From Candidatus Saccharimonadia bacterium (lineage in GTDB: Bacteria; Patescibacteriota; Saccharimonadia; UBA4664), in the NCBI GenBank assembly GCA_041743505.1, contig JBGTMQ010000003.1, forward strand, positions 25,148 to 89,147: a stretch of 64,000 bases of DNA, given 5' to 3'. Positions within the stretch are counted from its first letter, which is position 1; each line of letters begins with the position of its first letter. Below the pieces are notes generated by a model that saw only the letters and a list, made by a program, of their open reading frames with translations, had not been told where the DNA came from and made no database searches. The position numbers were made by a program, and so were the translations under genes. Shown here one piece after another: positions 11,001 through 19,206 of the stretch.

Positions 11001-13990
11001 TCAGGAATAATCGGCGAAACCGGCTCCATCAGTTGCCCAGCAGTATTAACGATTGGAGGCACATTATCCGCAGCCGGAATTCCAGGTACACCAGCATCAA
11101 CCGGCGGCGCACCAATAGGTGGCGGCGTATGGGCCAGACCCGTCCCACCCACAGGCGCCGAAGTTAGTGGCAGCGGAATGGGCGGCGCACCAATCGGCGG
11201 GGTTACCGCCGACAACGGATCCAGCGTAGGCGCTGGTAATACCGGCGTAGGCACCTGATTAGACTGTAACGCGGGCATAATCAATTCCGGTGCCGCTTGC
11301 ACCACCGGCGGTAACGGCTCTGGCGTAGGCGCAAGTGCCAGTGGCTGATTAATAGGTGGTGCGCCAATCGGCGGAGGCGTCATCGGTGCGGGCTCAGCAG
11401 CCGCAACCGGCGGCGCAGCAGCCGCCGAAACCAGTGCCGGTTGTAGCTCCGGTGCCGCAAGGACTACCGGCACCGGAGCCGGCTCTGGCGCCGGCACAAT
11501 CACCGTCGGCACAGCCGGTGCTGGCACTGCGACCGGAGCCGGAGCTGGCACAATCGGGGCCGGAACAGGAGGCGGGGGCAGACTCGGTGTCACTCCCGGC
11601 TCTCGGCCGGTCAACCTAGCCGCAATATCCGCCTCCACCACATCCTTAGCATGACCAAACTTAGCCGCGCTCAGCTGCTTAATCGCCAGCCCCAATTCCG
11701 GATTAGCCAAGCCCAGCGGCGCCAGGTTATGCACGGTAAATGGCTGGCTTGGCAGGCCACCGATCATCAACCGCATCGCCGCATGATAGTTCGGGATATT
11801 CACCAGATCCGAAGTATCAAACACCGGAGCAAACTGCTTAACCATAAACTCGGCGTCATCCGGACCCATCCGGTGCGCCACAATCGTGCCAATATTACCA
11901 AATACCGCATCCCGGATCTCAGTCGTCAATTGGCCGATAAACTGGTTTGCTACCACCAGGTTAAGCCGGTACTTTCGCGCCTCACTCAAAATACTGGCAA
12001 ACGAGTCAGTCGAAAAGTTCTGAAACTCATCCACGTACAGGCAAAAATCGTTGCGCTCGCCCTCAGGAAGGTCAGCCCGGCTCATAGCCGCAGCCTGGAG
12101 CTTAATCACAAAGATCATGCCCAAAAGCTGCGAGTTGAGCTCACCAACCTTGCCCTTGCTCAGGTTCACAATCAGGATTTTCTTGTTATCCATGATGTCG
12201 CGCAGGTTAAAGGCGCTGTTGGTCTGGCCCAAAATATTGCGCATCATCTCGTTGTTCTGGAAGGCGCCAAACTTACTCACGAACCAACCCAGCATTTCGC
12301 TCTTGTGATAATCCGAAGTCTGGCCCATTTCCTTGGTCCAGAAATCAATAACTGTCGGGTCCTTCAAATAGCGAAATTTGTGCTTGAGATAATCTGTATC
12401 AGTAAATACTTTAGGAATCTCAATAAACGTCGATCCATGCGGGTCGCTCATCAATGTCAGCGCGGCATTGCGGTACCAATGCTCATAGCGCGGCCCAATT
12501 ATACCGGTATGACCGGGATCGTACAGCTTGTACAGCATCCCGATCGTCTCTTGGATAATAAAGTCTTTTTGCGCTGGATCACTAAATTCAAACAGGTTCA
12601 AACCTAGCGGAAACTCAGTATCAGCCGGATTAAAGTACACTACGTCCTCGGCTCGGTTTTTGGGCACCATAGCCAGCAATTTTTCCGCCGTGTCACCATG
12701 CGGATCTATAAACGCAAAACCGTTGCCGGCCAGCATATCCTGCACCGCCAGGTTCTCCAGCAATGTCGACTTACCAGTCCCGGTCTGACCCAAGATGTAA
12801 GTGTGCCGGCGACGGTCCTCCACACTCAGCCGAATCTCTTTCTTAACCCCACGAAACTCGTTATAACCAAACAGCGCACCTTCAGCAGGCAACTGTGTCG
12901 GGCCATCTATCTGCTTACTCTGCTGACGCTCTACATTGCTAGTCGGTATAAACTGCGAATCCGGCAGATGAAACAACGTCGCCAACTCAACCGAATTCAA
13001 AACACTTGAGCGAAGTTCAGGCGGGAAAAACCGGAAGATAAAAGCCGTAACCAACCCCTGAACATCCACAGCCGGCAAAAATTTAAACCCATTCAAGCCC
13101 GGCCGCTCAAACAGCGCAAAAGCCGTCGCGATATCGCGTAGCAACTGCTGGCTTCGGCTCACGCTCTCTGTCGATACAAGCACCCGCACCAGCACCTCAA
13201 ATCCAGGATGCTTAGTTTTCTCCTCAACCGCTTCAATTGCCCCCAGCTCCAGATTCGACAAACCCGTCGACTGAGGCTGATGACTCTGATCCTCCGACCG
13301 CTGCTGGGTCGGGGACTTGAATGCCGCCTTAGCTATATCCATCGGCGTAATCTGCATATTGCCGGCCCGGCCCTTGCGCAGTTTAGTAGTCAAGGTAGTC
13401 GCAGACTTGACCCAGTTAGTGCTAGCCGGCCGCACCATAATTTGAATCGCCGCGCCATCACCTTTGCCCAGCGTCGACAGAGTAGTAATAATTGCTTCCA
13501 TCGGGTCACGCTCGATCTGCTCGTAGGTCGCCAGCGGATAGGCACTAGCATTTTTGAGCACCATTTCGCCACCCATGGTCGCAGCCAGCCGGCCTTCCTG
13601 GTTGAAGATATTGTGATCCTCAACTTCCTCCATACGGGCACCCGGATAAGCCGTCTGGATAGCTTTTTCAATCGTACTCACCATACCCACAGGCACCGCC
13701 GCATAAAAATGCACCAACCCGTTCGCGGCAATTAACTCCAGCGCAATATGCCGCTGTCCGTAGAACGTACTCTTAAAACCCTCCGTAGCAGTTCCGGCAA
13801 TCAAGTTATATAGCACCTCAGCGTGGCTCGTTTTCTCGCGCATAACCTCGCGTACATCCCGGCTGCCCGCCACCGTATCTTCGCTGGGTGGAGGCAAATG
13901 AATCAACACCGGCACCATCTTGAGACCGCGCTCAATCGCCTTAGCCCGCCGCAGCTTCCGCTGATATGTCCAATACGCCACACCCGCCAA
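8087..13990 (-). CDS. Giant T4SS-type P-loop ATPase (VirB4/TraC or VirD4/TraG superfamily) with an ~1100-aa C-terminal proline-rich disordered extension
   Basis: 1967 aa. The N-terminal ~800 aa carry Walker A GQTGTGKSTLLENL, a following FAFIDPHGD motif, Walker B LYVDEFQNF, and ARKYRLNLVVANQF, a T4SS ATPase signature (RKYGxxxxxxTQ-like). The remainder is Pro/Ala/Val/Glu-rich with four PPIGAPP(I/V) repeats, EPAP/KPxP tracts and an acidic DEDDDE segment. The annotated start is TTG. An in-frame hydrophobic segment (IVIVVIIFLLLAAGL) and a strong SD GGAGGTGA lie just upstream, between 13991 and 14065. The true start is therefore probably a non-canonical codon further upstream. Confidence 0.7.
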   Translation of the reverse strand: MAGVAYWTYQRKLRRAKAIERGLKMVPVLIHLPPPSEDTVAGSRDVREVMREKTSHAEVLYNLIAGTATEGFKSTFYGQRHIALELIAANGLVHFYAAVPVGMVSTIEKAIQTAYPGARMEEVEDHNIFNQEGRLAATMGGEMVLKNASAYPLATYEQIERDPMEAIITTLSTLGKGDGAAIQIMVRPASTNWVKSATTLTTKLRKGRAGNMQITPMDIAKAAFKSPTQQRSEDQSHQPQSTGLSNLELGAIEAVEEKTKHPGFEVLVRVLVSTESVSRSQQLLRDIATAFALFERPGLNGFKFLPAVDVQGLVTAFIFRFFPPELRSSVLNSVELATLFHLPDSQFIPTSNVERQQSKQIDGPTQLPAEGALFGYNEFRGVKKEIRLSVEDRRRHTYILGQTGTGKSTLLENLAVQDMLAGNGFAFIDPHGDTAEKLLAMVPKNRAEDVVYFNPADTEFPLGLNLFEFSDPAQKDFIIQETIGMLYKLYDPGHTGIIGPRYEHWYRNAALTLMSDPHGSTFIEIPKVFTDTDYLKHKFRYLKDPTVIDFWTKEMGQTSDYHKSEMLGWFVSKFGAFQNNEMMRNILGQTNSAFNLRDIMDNKKILIVNLSKGKVGELNSQLLGMIFVIKLQAAAMSRADLPEGERNDFCLYVDEFQNFSTDSFASILSEARKYRLNLVVANQFIGQLTTEIRDAVFGNIGTIVAHRMGPDDAEFMVKQFAPVFDTSDLVNIPNYHAAMRLMIGGLPSQPFTVHNLAPLGLANPELGLAIKQLSAAKFGHAKDVVEADIAARLTGREPGVTPSLPPPPVPAPIVPAPAPVAVPAPAVPTVIVPAPEPAPVPVVLAAPELQPALVSAAAAPPVAAAEPAPMTPPPIGAPPINQPLALAPTPEPLPPVVQAAPELIMPALQSNQVPTPVLPAPTLDPLSAVTPPIGAPPIPLPLTSAPVGGTGLAHTPPPIGAPPVDAGVPGIPAADNVPPIVNTAGQLMEPVSPIIPEEPELPELSAAPPAPVPGDQNRLSITDITGGRRPGPVPLASSGASDDLLNIPLIPPGAEPRVAQPAPVEQPAEPAVPPPPPYDPAMDPMAEIPLLGAPQPVPEPEEAALPLPVPVSVPDVAPEPVAPIGPPAPIGPPSEAELASVAASEPIPASVSSVYQPIAPPPPPPVLPVIEPTPTPVIAEPAPEVQPAPTLVSPPAPATALIQPAPMIEEPKPPLPVPASMQPTDPQAIASPVTTLSSLPIPEPEPLYPASEPMVSNQPAASEPVFRPKPASVVTPVLAAVPEPVAPTAVVSEPVSAVAQPEQSYDDAVGSLIHFVDPSLETVLERPVDEPFPTLVPDQKSEKALPLTPIGPAALTTDAPASPPAALLPMPASAPVSAPVAPASPEQSSDITSAELAQVIAPPPIGAPPIGQSQTTPVPVELPKPAFEPILKPAPEPVSKPAPEPAPEPAPMPESKPTPIAPVLPEPEPPRLEKSQFSEEEGTTLVPENLVAPGVGFEDKPAVPVKPVLAPEVVVSAAPKSESILPTPKPAEPPAPATPPPPVVKPKPPVAVRSTEETLAAVMEAAAKRKAAQALTSSPYVPALDSEPKASPESNAAPASDESGHSENPVAQAEQEIDKLMSESLIKPEKEHRALAGSGEATHSKKGHDGEADDSSRHWVGPAIPKDQMPDEDDDETPRSDQPSMEHTFTHTHQKVIMPLEPIVPRRDQLQQELEAELEAERKQAALSAKTDAPPPPGARPGPAGSPVKPVQTPIKQVPPVSKPVMKPQPEPRPEPKLESRPAPAPAPVPKPEPEPAPASVSFLEPDVGLPQAESLVASDVAKARAAKLAEAPEPAPVPEHESRTEAPEAETLPVKAEEAQSKRPAEQPRRHRLADIKKPSKPQEPREEHHEHAVPAAEHAEMSEKSEETEEQPEQKSDSLPGKLILPSANRKPKPEPVASTLTQKPPKLAKGEVYVDEKGDVIVGE

Positions 13991-14061
13991 GCCAGCCGCT
14001 AGGAGCAGGAATATAATAACAACGATAACAATGCCGCTCAGCTTCTCACCTCCGTGGCATC

Positions 14062-14505
14062 CTATTTATCCTCGGGCTTTTTGACCTCATGACCATAGCG
14101 CTTCTTCAGGTAATCCACTTGCAAAGACTCAACCGCCTCCTCCTCGGCATACGGGTTACCAGCAGTCTGCGCGATAGCTTGCTCGGCCGCCTCAACCCAC
14201 TCGGGCTCAACCACGTCCTGATCGGCCGCGATCTGCGGTGCTGAAACAACCGGTGCAGCCGGCGCCGGCGCCGCCGCAATCGCATTCGCCACATCCTGAG
14301 CCGTCAAATGTGGTGGCGTAGCTTGCGGCTGGCCGGTATTTTGCGGTGCAGTCGGCGCGGACTGAGGTGCCGGCACGACTTCAGGCGTGGCCGGCCTCAA
14401 CGCCTGCTCCTGCGTACCAGTACCAATCAATTGATCCGGCGCCACATTTCGGTTCGGCATCTGCTCCGGATTGGGAGTACTTTGTGTGTCCATAATTAGA
14501 TTCAT
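14062..14505 (-). CDS. Small Pro/Ala/Gln-rich protein co-transcribed upstream of the giant ATPase
   Basis: 147 aa. Low-complexity Pro-rich centre and a conserved-looking C-terminus (PEWVEAAEQAIAQTAGNPYAEEEAVESLQVDYLKKRYGHEV). Its stop lies under 30 nt from the ATPase start region, on the same strand. Confidence 0.5.
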   Translation of the reverse strand: MNLIMDTQSTPNPEQMPNRNVAPDQLIGTGTQEQALRPATPEVVPAPQSAPTAPQNTGQPQATPPHLTAQDVANAIAAAPAPAAPVVSAPQIAADQDVVEPEWVEAAEQAIAQTAGNPYAEEEAVESLQVDYLKKRYGHEVKKPEDK

Positions 14506-14631
14506 TATATCATTTCTATCTTAATTTCGCTTGTGTTCCAACAACAAAATTCATAAACAAAAAAATGTCAGAAGGGATTTATAATTAACCCATCCCAACG
14601 GCACGACAAATCAGCCAAAGGAGGTGAAATC

Positions 14632-14736
14632 ATGCTACGAAGGGTAGTTATGAGGCTTCTCGGAGTCCAGATGCCTGCGGGAGCTTCTAGCTCAAGGGCA
14701 TCATGCGATGACTTCTGCTCCCTCCAGACAATCTAG
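14632..14736 (+). CDS. 34-codon sORF with a perfect Shine-Dalgarno (AAAGGAGGTGAAATCATG)
   Basis: Hand-translated: MLRRVVMRLLGVQMPAGASSSRASCDDFCSLQTI. It sits in the intergenic region between two minus-strand genes. Support is the RBS quality only. Confidence 0.25.
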   Translation: MLRRVVMRLLGVQMPAGASSSRASCDDFCSLQTI

Positions 14737-14763
14737 TTGTAGCCATCAAGCTACGGCTAACAA

Positions 14764-14791
14764 GGCCCTTATATCGAAAGGTATAAGGGCC
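14764..14791 (-). terminator. Hairpin directly 3' of the L,D-transpeptidase gene
   Basis: Perfect 10-bp stem ggcccttata/tataagggcc with an 8-nt loop. On the minus strand it is followed by TTGTT. A weak U tract. Confidence 0.4.
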
Positions 14792-14792
14792 A

Positions 14793-16232
14793 TTACTTAT
14801 GCACCCAGACCGGCGTGCCCACATCAGCCCAATTATAAATGAAAGCCGCTGCCGCTTCCGGCATGTTCACGCACCCATGTGAGCCACCATAGTAATAGTC
14901 CGAACCGCCGAAGTTGCCGTTTCGCCAACTGGCATCATGCATTCCATAACCCGAATAGAACGGCATCCAATATTTTACAAAGACATTGTAGTTATAGCGC
15001 GGTCCATAAGCATTGCCTATTAAACGGGTGTTGGTCGTCTTGTGATTAATACTGAACAAGCCCGTTACCGTAGGGAAACCCGCCCCAGTAGCTCCGGAGG
15101 TAATCGGCGTTTCATAAACCACATTGTGGTCCTGCCACACCCACAACCGCTGACGGCTCAGGTTGATCTCGATATACCGACCGTAATCCAACGTCACTAT
15201 TGTGTTTGAAACGGTTTTAAACGGCACCGGGTGTGAGGTAATCGCATAGGTCAAGGGCTGGTTACGCATCACCGCATCAGCTACCGCCTTAACCGCCGCA
15301 TCCTGATCAATCGCCAGTCCATCCACGCCTTCTTGCGTCGTTTTCTTAACGCCGTTCTCTATAGTAATCTTCTTAGCTACGGGTGCTACATCCAACTGGT
15401 TAGAAATAGTCTGGATATAGCCTTTAAGCTGGGCGCTATCTATCTTAGGCATCAACCGCGCCGCCGAATCTTTTTGTGCTTTCTCAAACGCCAACCATTG
15501 GCCAATATCAGCCGCGGTCGGAGTATAGGTCTTGTCCGCGTACGTCAGCACAATCGGTGTTGCCATATGCTGCTTTATCGAGTCAATTGTCGGCGTCAGC
15601 TCAGCTACCTGAATGTCGGCCAATTGCGGGCGGGGCTTTAACTGCATTGAATCCCCCGTAGGGAACTGCAGGTCTTGCTCCACCAGCCGCATTAACCCGA
15701 GCTTATCAACTGTAATACCACTCTTATCCGGAACGGTCTGAATTTGGCCGTCCTTAACTACGACGCCGGCATCAACTGGCTGCACACCAACCTGGTCAGC
15801 CACACTGCCAACAAAACTGGCCAGCTGCCGGCGGTCCAAATGGTAAATCAAAGGCACCGGCGCTGTATGCAATGCCGGATACCAACCGCCACGCCCAACC
15901 TGGTAAGCATTGCTAATGGTAGCCTCAGGGTCAAAAGTGACCCCTAGCTGGACTGCCTTTACCGAATACTTTTGACCTGCCACCGTCAATTTCAGCTCAT
16001 ATGCGGCAGCCTCTTTTTGCAATACAACCCGCGCCTGGTCCACCGGCATTCCACCGATATTTTGGCCAGCCGCCACCACGCCCGGCATGATCTTTCCGTC
16101 ATACCAGGAGCCCAAAGCCAAGTGAAGCGCCAAACCCAAGAAAGCAACACATGCAGCCACACCCACGACGCGGGGCACTGTCGTATAACCATCGGAACCA
16201 TGAAGTTCCAGATCGAGTCTTCGCCTCACCAT
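14793..16232 (-). CDS. L,D-transpeptidase (YkuD family) with N-terminal membrane anchor
   Basis: The C-terminal catalytic domain ends ...GYGMHDASW...GGSHGCVNMPEAAAAFIYNWADVGTPVWVHK. This has the conserved His and the SHGC(V/I) Cys motif. An N-terminal TM helix is present. Confidence 0.8.
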   Translation of the reverse strand: MVRRRLDLELHGSDGYTTVPRVVGVAACVAFLGLALHLALGSWYDGKIMPGVVAAGQNIGGMPVDQARVVLQKEAAAYELKLTVAGQKYSVKAVQLGVTFDPEATISNAYQVGRGGWYPALHTAPVPLIYHLDRRQLASFVGSVADQVGVQPVDAGVVVKDGQIQTVPDKSGITVDKLGLMRLVEQDLQFPTGDSMQLKPRPQLADIQVAELTPTIDSIKQHMATPIVLTYADKTYTPTAADIGQWLAFEKAQKDSAARLMPKIDSAQLKGYIQTISNQLDVAPVAKKITIENGVKKTTQEGVDGLAIDQDAAVKAVADAVMRNQPLTYAITSHPVPFKTVSNTIVTLDYGRYIEINLSRQRLWVWQDHNVVYETPITSGATGAGFPTVTGLFSINHKTTNTRLIGNAYGPRYNYNVFVKYWMPFYSGYGMHDASWRNGNFGGSDYYYGGSHGCVNMPEAAAAFIYNWADVGTPVWVHK

Positions 16233-16320
16233 GACACGATTATAACGGTAATGGTTACTAGAAAGCTAGCATTATTTGAAAGAGGGAGAGAAGCAGGAAT
16301 ATGGACCCCTCAGCGGCTAA

Positions 16321-19053
16321 TTATGCCCGGACCTTAGCCCCAAATTTCCTCGATAAGATTGCCAAAGCCTTTCGCTCAATATCAGCCGCTTCCGCGTCAG
16401 TAGGGGTTCGGTCAGCATGCGCCACCTTCAAATGCAACGCCAAACTCTTGTGGCCGGCCGGCACGCCTTCACCGTAATAATCGCTCACAAAACTAACCTG
16501 GGTCTGCGGCAAGTCAGCCAAGGCCACCGCCACATCCTGCCAAGCCGTACTCGCCGGCACCACAACAGCCAGGTCCCGCCCGACACTGGGGAAGCGCTCC
16601 AAGCCGGCAAACGCGCGCACCCCAAACCGTTTCAACAAAGCGTCAGCATCCAGCTCCACATACGCGGCCTCACCCGCAACCTTCAGCCGCCGCAGCCCCT
16701 CAGGATCAAGTTGACCAATCGTACCCAGCTGCCGTCCGTCCAGCTTAATTTTGGCCACCCGGCCACCAGCATACAGCGCCGGAACCTCCGCCACCGGCTC
16801 CACCGCCAGATTCACACCGAGCTCATCAGCCAACGTATCCAGCAAGCCCTTGGCATGCTGGTACGATTCATCCGGCCGCGCCACCATAATACCCAAATGC
16901 ATTGGCTCATCCGGCTGGTCGGCGGCGCCACGCTTTTCAAACACCCGGCTCAGTTCATAGAAGGCCAGCTCAGCAGCGTACCCACGGTTGCGCGCTAGCA
17001 CACTCAGGTGGCTGGCCAAAAGAGAGGACCGCAAGTACGCCTGCTCAGTCGATAGCGGATTTCTCAGTTTCAAATGCTTCTTCGCGTCCAAACCAGCGCC
17101 GGCCAATTGTTCTTCACTCACAAATGAGTATGTCATCACTTCAAACAACCCGGCGCCATACAACACCTGCTGCAACCGCCGCCGCTTGGACCGCTCCGAG
17201 TCAAATGACACCTCCTGCGGCTGCCACGCCGGAATCTTAGCCGGCACCCGCTCGTAACCCAGCACACGGACAATTTCTTCCACCAAATCCTGAGCTTCTT
17301 TTAGGTCCGGACGCCACCAGGGAATAGCCGGCACCGACAAATAATCATCCAAATTATCCACGTAACGTCGCGCACCCAGGTACTCCGAATGTTTGGTTAT
17401 GACCTCCAACACAGCTTCGTGCACGCCCGGCTGACCAGCATCCGATGCCTGAACGATCTTGCCATCACCAACATACACAGCCACATGGGCAACACCTTCA
17501 CGCTCTTTAGAATCAAGCTTAACCCAATCGCCACCAGCAAATAACAAATCACCCGGCACCAGCTCAGATTGCTTAACCGGCCACCCGGACTTAAATTGCT
17601 GATGCGCCGTATGCCCAATATTCACGCCAATCAGGGAATAGAGGTAGTCGGTTAAGTACGAGCAGTCAAACGCATCGGTCCCATCGGTTTTATAACGAGC
17701 CCCAAACTTATACGGCTTTCCGATGTGGCTCCGAGCCTCCTGAGCCACATCAAATACCCGGGCCTCAATCTGCAGCCGGGCTAGCGTCTGGACAGCCTCA
17801 TGACCCAATACCTCAAAACCCAATAACCGGTTCAGCAATGACCTTCGCAGACCAATCCTTTGCACCCAGGGCCACACGTTCAGCTGCCGCTGAACCGCCC
17901 CAACCCGGCCACCCGCCACTTCAACCAGTAACTCTACTGCCCGCGCCACCGCCACCGGCGCCAATTGCACCGGCAATCCGCGCTCAAATCGTGCGCTGGC
18001 TTCAGTGCGCAAGCCATGCCGCTTGGCCATCTTGCGCACTGTCGCAGCATCAAATGTAGCTGCCTCAAGCACAATTTCCTTGGTCTTTTCATCAACCTGC
18101 GTGCTGGCTCCACCCATCAAGCCGGCCAGCCCGATCGGTCCGGTAGCATCGGCAATAACCAGATCCTGATGGCTTAATTTCCGCTCCACACCGTCCAATG
18201 TCACTAGTTTTTCGCCTTGCCGAGCCAAACGCGCTTCGAGCGGCAGCCTAACCTTAGCAGCATCGTACGCGTGCAGCGGCTGACCGAATTCCAAATTCAC
18301 ATAGTTAGTCACATCCACTATCGGACTAATCGACCGCACACCCACCGCCTGCAACGCACTTGTCATCCAACGAGGGGAGGGGGCCTTCACATCCACCTGC
18401 AACGTCGCCAGCATAAACTGGCTTGCCTTCATGTCATCCAACATCAACTTTACGCCAGCATCCGTCTCCGCCTCCGGTTGCGGCTCCGGCAAATCCTTAA
18501 GCTCCGCGCCGGCAATCGCCCCGATTTCGCGCGCCAAACCAACCACGCTCAACAGATCAAACCGGTTGGCTTGGGTCTTGATATCCACGATTCCACCACT
18601 GGGATATATGTCGCACAATCTTGCCCCAACCACAGCCGTATCTGACAGCTCCAGAATCTGCTCGTGATTTGTCCCTATACCGAGCTCACGCTCACTACAC
18701 AGCATTCCTTCGCTTAACTCACCGCGCAACTTAGCCGCAGCTATCTTGTCGCCACCTGGGAGGGTAGAGCCGACTTGAGCAAAGGCTACCTTAAGCCCTT
18801 TTCGGACATTCGGCGCTCCGCAAACCACCCGCACTTCCCGATCACCCGCATCAACGAACACTAAACTTAGTCGGTCTGCCTTTGGATGCTGCATAACTTT
18901 TTTAACCAGCGCTACGATGACATTTCTATCTATCGGCTCTGAAGAAATAAATTGTTCAACCTCAATTCCAGCCTGCTCCAATGCCTCCACAATCTCATGG
19001 TCCGACATTGTGCGACGTAGCCATTCTTTAACCCAAGGTGTATAAATCTTCAT
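16321..19053 (-). CDS. pheT: Phenylalanine--tRNA ligase beta subunit with an inserted NlpC/P60 domain
   Basis: The N-terminal tRNA-binding domain, B3/4, the B5 motifs (LLGFEV...; VPAIPWWRPDL...DLVEEIVRVLGYERVPA), the core and the C-terminal FDX-ACB-like region are all recognisable. The start is probably M11 (MKIYTPWVKEW) at 19053; the ORF track begins at 19083. Residues ~442-575 (17359-17760) form an NlpC/P60-like block: GKPYKFG, FDCSYL, HTAHQQ, PGDLLFAG, HVAVYVGDGKIVQA. Confidence 0.9.
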   Translation of the reverse strand: MKIYTPWVKEWLRRTMSDHEIVEALEQAGIEVEQFISSEPIDRNVIVALVKKVMQHPKADRLSLVFVDAGDREVRVVCGAPNVRKGLKVAFAQVGSTLPGGDKIAAAKLRGELSEGMLCSERELGIGTNHEQILELSDTAVVGARLCDIYPSGGIVDIKTQANRFDLLSVVGLAREIGAIAGAELKDLPEPQPEAETDAGVKLMLDDMKASQFMLATLQVDVKAPSPRWMTSALQAVGVRSISPIVDVTNYVNLEFGQPLHAYDAAKVRLPLEARLARQGEKLVTLDGVERKLSHQDLVIADATGPIGLAGLMGGASTQVDEKTKEIVLEAATFDAATVRKMAKRHGLRTEASARFERGLPVQLAPVAVARAVELLVEVAGGRVGAVQRQLNVWPWVQRIGLRRSLLNRLLGFEVLGHEAVQTLARLQIEARVFDVAQEARSHIGKPYKFGARYKTDGTDAFDCSYLTDYLYSLIGVNIGHTAHQQFKSGWPVKQSELVPGDLLFAGGDWVKLDSKEREGVAHVAVYVGDGKIVQASDAGQPGVHEAVLEVITKHSEYLGARRYVDNLDDYLSVPAIPWWRPDLKEAQDLVEEIVRVLGYERVPAKIPAWQPQEVSFDSERSKRRRLQQVLYGAGLFEVMTYSFVSEEQLAGAGLDAKKHLKLRNPLSTEQAYLRSSLLASHLSVLARNRGYAAELAFYELSRVFEKRGAADQPDEPMHLGIMVARPDESYQHAKGLLDTLADELGVNLAVEPVAEVPALYAGGRVAKIKLDGRQLGTIGQLDPEGLRRLKVAGEAAYVELDADALLKRFGVRAFAGLERFPSVGRDLAVVVPASTAWQDVAVALADLPQTQVSFVSDYYGEGVPAGHKSLALHLKVAHADRTPTDAEAADIERKALAILSRKFGAKVRA

Positions 19054-19206
19054 CCCATAACTCCAATCATTCGACCATTCCATTCCAACGGCGCACCCAC
19101 TTCCGCGCCACCAAGCATGCCAGTAACTACACCCGTCCGTACTGTATCTAAACTTATCCTCGGGTACGCATCGAGCATATTTGTAGTTTCTACAACACTC
19201 ATCATA

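Noticed and set aside
8136-13735. Numerous 60-320-aa ORFs on the plus strand inside the giant ATPase gene (for example 11651..12607 and 10482..10946)
   Set aside because: They are antisense or out-of-frame products of the GC-rich, Pro-codon-rich gene. None has a motif or an RBS, and the minus-strand frame is continuous and motif-bearing.
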